From NCBI GenBank assembly GCA_944358675.1, contig CALVRN010000001.1, positions 23,358 to 87,357 of the forward strand: a stretch of 64,000 nucleotides of DNA, in the 5' to 3' direction. Below the pieces are notes generated by a model. That model saw only the letters and a list, made by a program, of their open reading frames with translations, had not been told where the DNA came from and did not search any database. The translations under genes were made by a program, and so were the position numbers. This DNA is from an uncultured Bacilli bacterium (lineage in GTDB: Bacteria; Bacillota_I; Bacilli_A; RF39; UBA660). Below, piece after piece: positions 57,735-64,000 of this stretch (positions within the stretch are counted from its first letter, which is position 1; every line of letters starts with the position of its first letter).

Positions 57735-58076
57735 CTACACATTAATAAAATTAACTGCCGCAAGTTCATCTGAAACAATATTAAAAGGTTTTAAATCATA
57801 GTCAAACTTGTTCTTACTCAAACAAACCATACTATTTCCATTATTTTTTAAACATACATTATAACATTTAACCAAAGTTTTAAAACCGCTATCATCCATC
57901 TTATACACATTTTCTAAATTAAAAACAACATTCCTAATTCCAACATTAATAAGCAAATCCCATACCTCATTATTTAATTTTTTTCTTGTTTTCTTTGTTA
58001 ATTCTCCAAATAACCTAACAAATAAAATACCATACTTCGAGTCCATATCTATCTCTAACATATCATCACCATACAT
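57735..58076 (-). CDS. spoIIAA: STAS-domain anti-sigma-F antagonist (SpoIIAA-like)
   Basis: About 110 aa. VFNLENVYKMDDSGFKTLV contains the DSG phosphorylatable-Ser motif. The stop lies 3 nt before the sigF start. Confidence 0.75.
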   Translation of the reverse strand: MYGDDMLEIDMDSKYGILFVRLFGELTKKTRKKLNNEVWDLLINVGIRNVVFNLENVYKMDDSGFKTLVKCYNVCLKNNGNSMVCLSKNKFDYDLKPFNIVSDELAAVNFINV

Positions 58077-58133
58077 ACTTTAACACTTACTAAAATTAAA
58101 TAATATACTTTCGGCAAAACTAGACATAAAAAG

Positions 58134-58160
58134 AAAAAATACGTCTATTCAACGTATTTT
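58134..58160 (-). terminator. ftsK/spoIIIE terminator
   Basis: Arms aaaatacgt and acgtatttt form 9 bp with a 7-nt loop, followed on the minus strand by a T run. Confidence 0.65.
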
Positions 58161-60345
58161 ATTCATCTTTCTTTTCTAATTTAACTAATACTTCACGCGG
58201 TTTAGCTCCATTAGGTGGTCCAACTATTCCTCTTTCTTCAAGTAAATCAATACATCTAGCTGCCCTATTATATCCAAGTCTAAATCTTCTTTGTAAAAGT
58301 GATGCACTAGCTTTACCTTGTGTAATTACAAACTCTCTAATTTCATTATATAAAGGTTCTTCATAATCATCATCTTCCACCATCGATGTTGCTCCTCTAT
58401 CTTCATCAGAAACCGTTAAAGAAGTATCATACATAGCTTTTTGTTGTGATATTGTATAATCCACAACCGCTTTAATTTCATCATCACTAACAAATGTTCC
58501 TTGAACACGAGTTGGAATACTTTCTCCTTGTGGTAAAAATAACATATCACCTTTACCAAGTAATTTTTCAGCTCCACTCATATCAAGTATTGTTCTAGAA
58601 TCAATACTAGAAGAAACTGCAAATGAAATACGAGATGGAATATTAGCTTTGACAACACCAGTAATAACATCCGTACTAGGTCTTTGAGTTGCTACTATCA
58701 AATGAATACCAGCCGCACGAGCCATTTGTGTAATTCTCATAATTGAATCTTCAACCTCTTTAGCCGCAACTAACATCAAATCAGCAAGCTCATCAATAAT
58801 AACAACTATATAAGAAAGTCTATTAATTTTCTCATCATCTGGTAAACTTTCATTTTTCTTATCAACATAAGCATTATAACCAGCTATATTTTTAGTTTTA
58901 CTTCCCTCAAACAAATCATATCTATCTTCCATTATTTTAACTATTTTTTGTAAAACAATATTAGCTTTTTTAGGATCAGTAACAACCGGTGTTAATAAAT
59001 GAGGTACTCCATTATACATAGATAACTCAACCTTTTTAGGATCAACTAATACAAGCTTTACTTCATCAGGTTTTGTTCTCATCAAAATAGATGTAATCAT
59101 ACTATTAATACACACTGATTTACCACTACCAGTAGAACCTGCAACAAGTAAATGTGGTGTCTTATCAATCTCACACCAAACAGGATTACCCATAATACTC
59201 TTACCTAAAGCTACTAATAACTTAGAATCATCTTTACTTTTAGGAACAGCTTCCAAAATCTCCCTAATAGAAACTGACATAATAGATTTATTAGGTAATT
59301 CAATACCTACTGTTTTTTTACCAGGAATTGGTGCTTGTATACGAACATCTTTAGCACCTAACTCCAAAGCAATTTCTCTATTTAAAGCAGTTATTTTAGA
59401 TAATCTTGTACCAGATTTAATTTCAAGTTCATATTGCGTAACAGAAGGTCCAATATTAGCCGCAACAACTTTACCTTCAACCCCAAAATCTCTAATAACT
59501 TTCTCAAGTTCAGTAACATTAGTTTTAATTGAATCTTGATTAGCTTTAATAGCTTCTTTTTTTATTTTAGGTTTAATTAATAATCCCATTGGTGGTTTAT
59601 TATAACCTTTACTATCGATATGAATTTCTTCTTTATGTTCAGAAACTTCTTCCTTAACCGGTTCTTTAGGAAGTTCATCTATAGATGAAATAACAACCTT
59701 CTTATCTTCATTTTCATATTCTTCTTCAGCTTCTTTAGCCGCTTTTTCAGCTTTTCTATTAATCTTAGCCTCTTTAGCTTTATTTAATTTATCTCTAATA
59801 TAACCTACCGCATCATAAATAGATACACCTGTAAACATTATAATTCCGCAAACAATTAAAGCAATACATACAACTCTTGTACCTTCTAAAGTAAGAAGTT
59901 TTACCCCAATAACCGCAAATATAGCTCCAATCATACCACCACCTTGTATATCAGCAGTATGATTAACAAAAGCCATTAAATTATCAATGGTTGCTGTAAT
60001 AATATCCCAAGCAGCAATACTTTGATTACCTAACTGTTTTATATATTCAGTATGTGATAAAATGAGTATTCCCAAAACTAAAATATAAAGTCCGACCAAT
60101 CTAGAAGTTAAAAAATCAGGTTTCTCCCTTTTTACCATCATATATATTCCTGCAGCACCTGTAGCAACTAACGGTAAAATATACCATCCACCTGCAATAA
60201 ATCCTGCAAAACCTTTAATAATATCAGCTGTTACTCCAAATGGACAGCACCCAATTATCATAATTAAAATAAGTACAATTCCCTTAAGTTCTATACTATA
60301 AGAAGGTTGTTCCTTCTTTTGTTTTCTTGATTTTTTCTTCGCCAT
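58159..60345 (-). CDS. ftsK: FtsK/SpoIIIE family DNA translocase
   Basis: N-terminal TM helices, Walker A AGSTGSGKS, Walker B VVIIDELADL, and a C-terminal gamma winged helix (LLQRRFRLGYNRAARCIDLLE). GGAGAGGA precedes the ATG at 60345. Confidence 0.95.
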   Translation of the reverse strand: MAKKKSRKQKKEQPSYSIELKGIVLILIMIIGCCPFGVTADIIKGFAGFIAGGWYILPLVATGAAGIYMMVKREKPDFLTSRLVGLYILVLGILILSHTEYIKQLGNQSIAAWDIITATIDNLMAFVNHTADIQGGGMIGAIFAVIGVKLLTLEGTRVVCIALIVCGIIMFTGVSIYDAVGYIRDKLNKAKEAKINRKAEKAAKEAEEEYENEDKKVVISSIDELPKEPVKEEVSEHKEEIHIDSKGYNKPPMGLLIKPKIKKEAIKANQDSIKTNVTELEKVIRDFGVEGKVVAANIGPSVTQYELEIKSGTRLSKITALNREIALELGAKDVRIQAPIPGKKTVGIELPNKSIMSVSIREILEAVPKSKDDSKLLVALGKSIMGNPVWCEIDKTPHLLVAGSTGSGKSVCINSMITSILMRTKPDEVKLVLVDPKKVELSMYNGVPHLLTPVVTDPKKANIVLQKIVKIMEDRYDLFEGSKTKNIAGYNAYVDKKNESLPDDEKINRLSYIVVIIDELADLMLVAAKEVEDSIMRITQMARAAGIHLIVATQRPSTDVITGVVKANIPSRISFAVSSSIDSRTILDMSGAEKLLGKGDMLFLPQGESIPTRVQGTFVSDDEIKAVVDYTISQQKAMYDTSLTVSDEDRGATSMVEDDDYEEPLYNEIREFVITQGKASASLLQRRFRLGYNRAARCIDLLEERGIVGPPNGAKPREVLVKLEKKDE

Positions 60346-60443
60346 GATATCCTCTCCATTATTACATAACAATTATACCATTTTTCCCTTAAAAACAAAA
60401 GTAACCAAATAAATTTGACAAATTTTTACAAAAAAAGAAAGAA

Positions 60444-62627
60444 CTATTTTTCTTTCTTAGTATCTTTCTTCTCCTTTTTATTTTCACTAGGTTGACTAGC
60501 TTTTAAAACTTCTTTTCTAGATAAATTAAGTCTTCCTTTTTTATCATAACCAAGTGATTTAACTAAAATCTCATCTCCGACTTTAACCATATCACTAGGT
60601 TTCTCAACTCTTTTAACATCTAATTGTGAAACATGTACTAAACCTTCACAACCAGGCCATAATTCTACAAAGCATCCAAACTCTTCAACTTTAACAACTT
60701 TACCAGTGTAAACCTTATCAGGTTCAACTTCACGAACAATATCTTTAATTCTTCTAGCAGTCTCATCAATAATATTTTTATCAGTATGGTAAATAACAAC
60801 TCTACCATCATCTTCTAAATCAACTTTAACTGCATTGATATCATTAACTGAATTAACATGACTAGATTCTAAAATAATCTTTGTAATCATGTCGCCACCC
60901 TTACCAATAACATCTTTAATCTTATCTGGATTAATCATAAATGTCATCACCTTAGGTGCATACTGACTAACTTCTTTACGTGGTTCTTTAATAGCCCCAA
61001 GCATAACATCTAAAACTTGAAGTCTAGCTTTCTTAGCTTGCTCTAAAGCTTCTTTTAATATTTCTCTAGTAATACCTTTAATTTTGATATCCATTTGTAA
61101 AGCACATACACCATCTTTAGTACCAGCAACTTTAAAATCCATATCACCTAAATGGTCTTCCATGCCTTGAATATCAGTTAAAATTGTATAATCATCACCA
61201 TGGGTAATTAAGCCCATTGCAATACCTGCAACTGGTGCTTTAATCGGAACTCCAGCTGCCATTAAACTCATACATCCCGCACAAATACTTGCTTGTGATG
61301 ATGAACCATTACTTTCTAGTATTTCAGATACAACTCTTATTGTATAAGGAAATTCTTCTTCTGATGGAATAACTTGTAATAATGCTTTTTCACCAAGTGC
61401 TCCATGACCAATTTCTCTACGTCCTGGTGCGCCATACCTTCCAGTTTCACCAACTGAAAATTGTGGGAAGTTATAATGTAACATAAATCTTTTAGAATCC
61501 TCTAAGCCAAGTCCATCCAATATTTGATGTTCACCTAAAGCTCCTAAAGTAGTTACAGATAAACTTTGAGTTTGTCCCCTTGTAAATAAAGCTGAACCGT
61601 GTGTTCTAGGTAAGAAATCAACTGAAGCAGAAAGTGGTCTAATCTCATCCATTGCTCTTCCATCAGCACGTGTATGTTCTTTAACAACAATCTGCCTAAA
61701 TAATTCATACTCTACTTCATTATAGATAATTACAAGTTTAGCTTTTAACTGTTCTAAATCATCTGAATGCATATCCTCATTTTCAGATTCGTATTTACTA
61801 ATTAAATTATCTTTAATTTCATCTAACTTTGCATATTTTTCTAACTTATCTTTAATTCTTAATGCTTTATCAATATCATCTTTAATTAAATTAGTTACTT
61901 CTTCTTTAAGTTCTGAAGTGATTTCTAATTTTTCATATTCCATTTTTTCTTGACCAATTTCTTTAACAATAGTATTTTCAAATTCCACTAATTTTTTAAC
62001 AGCTTCATGACCAAACATCAAAGCCTCTAACATATCTTCTTCTTTAACCTCTTTAGCTGATGATTCAACCATATTAATAGCTTCACCAGTACCAGCTACC
62101 GTTAAATCTATATCAGAAATTTCAGACTGCTCTGTAGTTGGATTAATAACAAGCTCACCATTAACTCTACCAACTTTAACTCCAGCTACTGGTCCATTAA
62201 ATGGAACCTTACTAATTGATGTTGCAATAGATGAACCAAGTAAAGCTGCAAGCTCAGGTGAATTATCTGGATCAACTGATAAAATAGTATTTACTATTTG
62301 AACCTCATTTCTAAAATCATCTGGAAAAAGTGGCCTCATTGGTCTATCAATCATTCTAGCCGCAAGAGTTGCTGCTTCGCTAGGTCTACCTTCTCTTTTA
62401 ATAAAACCTCCTGGAATTTTACCTACCGAATATAATTTTTCTTGATAAAGTACCATTAATGGGAAAAAGTCAGAAAGTAGTCTTGCTTCTTTAGACACAA
62501 CAACTGTCGATAATACAACAGTATCACCATATCTAACTAATACTGCTCCATCAGCTTGCTTTGCAACTTCACCATTCTCGATGGTTATTTTTCTCCCATA
62601 AAAATCTAATTCAAACGTTTTCTTCAT
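60444..62627 (-). CDS. pnp: Polyribonucleotide nucleotidyltransferase (PNPase)
   Basis: Two RNase PH domains plus KH and S1 domains ([15 protein letters not shown]). The start is taken as MKKTFELDF at 62627. Confidence 0.97.
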   Translation of the reverse strand: MKKTFELDFYGRKITIENGEVAKQADGAVLVRYGDTVVLSTVVVSKEARLLSDFFPLMVLYQEKLYSVGKIPGGFIKREGRPSEAATLAARMIDRPMRPLFPDDFRNEVQIVNTILSVDPDNSPELAALLGSSIATSISKVPFNGPVAGVKVGRVNGELVINPTTEQSEISDIDLTVAGTGEAINMVESSAKEVKEEDMLEALMFGHEAVKKLVEFENTIVKEIGQEKMEYEKLEITSELKEEVTNLIKDDIDKALRIKDKLEKYAKLDEIKDNLISKYESENEDMHSDDLEQLKAKLVIIYNEVEYELFRQIVVKEHTRADGRAMDEIRPLSASVDFLPRTHGSALFTRGQTQSLSVTTLGALGEHQILDGLGLEDSKRFMLHYNFPQFSVGETGRYGAPGRREIGHGALGEKALLQVIPSEEEFPYTIRVVSEILESNGSSSQASICAGCMSLMAAGVPIKAPVAGIAMGLITHGDDYTILTDIQGMEDHLGDMDFKVAGTKDGVCALQMDIKIKGITREILKEALEQAKKARLQVLDVMLGAIKEPRKEVSQYAPKVMTFMINPDKIKDVIGKGGDMITKIILESSHVNSVNDINAVKVDLEDDGRVVIYHTDKNIIDETARRIKDIVREVEPDKVYTGKVVKVEEFGCFVELWPGCEGLVHVSQLDVKRVEKPSDMVKVGDEILVKSLGYDKKGRLNLSRKEVLKASQPSENKKEKKDTKKEK

Positions 62628-62651
62628 ACATCTATGTCCCTTTCTATGAAA

Positions 62652-62673
62652 AGACACTCTAAAAAGAGTGTCT
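62652..62673 (-). terminator. rpsO-pnp intercistronic hairpin (attenuator or processing site)
   Basis: The sequence agacactct-aaaa-agagtgtct is a perfect 9-bp stem immediately after the rpsO stop, followed by TTTT on the minus strand. Confidence 0.65.
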
Positions 62674-62674
62674 A

Positions 62675-62944
62675 CTATTTTCTAAGTCCTAAACTTTTTA
62701 CGATTTCACGATATCTTGTAACATCTTTTTTCATTAAGTATTGTAATAAACTTCTACGTCTACCAACTTTTTGTAGTAAACCACGACGTGAATGATAATC
62801 GTGAATGTGTGTTTTTAAGTGTTCAGTTAGTTCCTTAATTTCTTCAGTTAAAATAGCAATTTGTACTTCAGCTGAACCAGTATCGCCTTCTTTTTTAGCA
62901 TACTTTTTAACTAACTTTGCTTTTTCTTCTTTACTTAAAGCCAT
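62675..62944 (-). CDS. rpsO: 30S ribosomal protein S15
   Basis: 89 aa with full S15 similarity ([11 protein letters not shown]..., [10 protein letters not shown]). AGGAGG RBS. Confidence 0.98.
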   Translation of the reverse strand: MALSKEEKAKLVKKYAKKEGDTGSAEVQIAILTEEIKELTEHLKTHIHDYHSRRGLLQKVGRRRSLLQYLMKKDVTRYREIVKSLGLRK

Positions 62945-63124
62945 GTTCTATCCTCCTTTATATAAATATTCGCTTAAATCTAAGATATAAAGATGGAGTT
63001 CTTTAAATCTGAGAAATAAGTACCACTAATAATATACATTAAATTAAAAGAAAATGCAAGATTTTTTTACTTCCATCTTTAAAATAAATGTTTAATTAGC
63101 AGTTGTCGCAAAATTTGCGACAGT

Positions 63125-64000
63125 TCAAATCTTTTCTCTATAATTGTTATAAAGTTTACTTGTATAATCTATATAGCCTTCCTTAGCTAACCTACTAGTT
63201 GCAAAACAAACAGGTATATTATTTTCTTCACATATTTTCAAAACATTATCATTATCATTAATAATTTCATTCCAAATAGCTAGACTAATCATCGTATTTA
63301 TTGCAAACTGATCTGCCCTGTTTTCTAAAAATTCATCTTCATCTATAATAATCTTACTCTTCGCTTTATTATAATCTGATTTCACATGACCAAGTTCATG
63401 ATATAAAGCAAAATAAAATGATGCTTTATCTTTATAAAGTTTTGTCAAATAAATTACTGGATTATCAGCTTTAACCATCATACATCCTCTTATTTTAGTA
63501 CCATTCAAAGCATCTTCTATTACAAGATAAATTCCATATTTATTTAAACATTTAACAATCTGATCTTCATCAAATTTTTCTAAAGAAAGTGTTTTTAAAT
63601 CATTAATTAAATTTTCAAATTTATTTTTATCATACTCGCATATATCTATATTTTGAATCAAACTATCGCAATGCTTTATCCAAAGCATTACTTTATTCAT
63701 ATCAGCTTGACTGTTTTTTTTATATAAAATTGTTTGTTCACTATAATCATTAAATGTATCAAAATTTTTAATAGATAAAAATTTAAATAAATCCATACAT
63801 ACCTGAACAACTGATTTTTCATCTTTAAATTTTAACCATTCCCTATCTTTAAGTTCTTTAATTGAAAATGATTTTAAATATTCTTTTAATTCTTTTTCAT
63901 CTTGAAATTTTTCTTTTAAATATAAATATATTCTTTTTTCCTCTTCCGCTTGCCATATAAGATCCACATCAATATCTGTAATTAAATTAATTGCCAGCAT
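63125..64000 (-). CDS. ImmA/IrrE-family zinc metallopeptidase domain protein (5' end outside the window)
   Basis: HEXXH motif in FALYHELGHV, followed by RADQFA. The ORF is open to the window edge. Confidence 0.65.
   Translation of the reverse strand: MLAINLITDIDVDLIWQAEEEKRIYLYLKEKFQDEKELKEYLKSFSIKELKDREWLKFKDEKSVVQVCMDLFKFLSIKNFDTFNDYSEQTILYKKNSQADMNKVMLWIKHCDSLIQNIDICEYDKNKFENLINDLKTLSLEKFDEDQIVKCLNKYGIYLVIEDALNGTKIRGCMMVKADNPVIYLTKLYKDKASFYFALYHELGHVKSDYNKAKSKIIIDEDEFLENRADQFAINTMISLAIWNEIINDNDNVLKICEENNIPVCFATSRLAKEGYIDYTSKLYNNYREKI

Noticed and set aside
62805-62990. A 61-aa plus-strand ORF opposite rpsO.
   Set aside because: It is antisense to the S15 gene and runs through the S15 RBS, so it is a shadow ORF.

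Overview
This 64 kb window is very AT-rich (by eye under 30% GC), and almost all genes lie on the minus strand. The gene content indicates a spore-forming, low-GC Bacillota chromosome. An Erysipelotrichia/Coprobacillaceae-like or clostridial origin is only a guess.

Left third (74-23502): one large cell-envelope glycan locus.
- An LtaS-family gene, apparently split by a frameshift.
- GtrA, a GtrB/CsbB-like GT2, and several GT-C-like polytopic membrane proteins.
- Four more GT2s, a GT4, a GT14 and an Alg13/Alg14-like split glycosyltransferase.
- An O-acyltransferase, a Wzy/O-antigen-ligase-like protein and a Wzx flippase.
- A UbiA/DPPR-synthase-like prenyl-phosphate phosphoribosyltransferase.
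- mnmA, spoIIM and spoIVB are interspersed.

Middle: a kinase-less multi-PASTA membrane protein, a 1174-aa GH73 autolysin with four Ig-like repeats, a CDP-alcohol phosphatidyltransferase, a rhomboid protease, rluD, lspA, comEB, trxA, cvpA and rnhC.

Right half, housekeeping: a ttcA-like gene, aspS-hisS, the str operon (rpsL-rpsG-fusA-tuf), uvrA, ftsK/spoIIIE, pnp and rpsO.

Right half, sporulation: spoIIAA-sigF and spoVAC-AD-AE.

Points worth a second look:
1. A duplicated mini transcription unit (near-consensus promoter, conserved GAGAGATTCCA core, terminator) sits directly 3' of two envelope genes.
2. Two homopolymer-associated frame breaks occur in envelope genes.
3. A 41-bp promoter module is duplicated exactly in front of two glycan operons.
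4. Two tandem ClpX-like AAA+ paralogs have degenerate catalytic motifs.
5. spoIIAA abuts sigF with no spoIIAB, and a pilin gene sits between sigF and spoVA.
6. A roughly 200-nt rod-like sRNA candidate (6S-like) lies downstream of the aspS cluster.
7. Two tandem DUF1016/PDDEXK genes are present, one with ATG replaced by ATT.

No rRNA, tRNA, CRISPR array or transposase was recognised. All calls come from reading motifs in the translations and sequence by eye; no database search was run.
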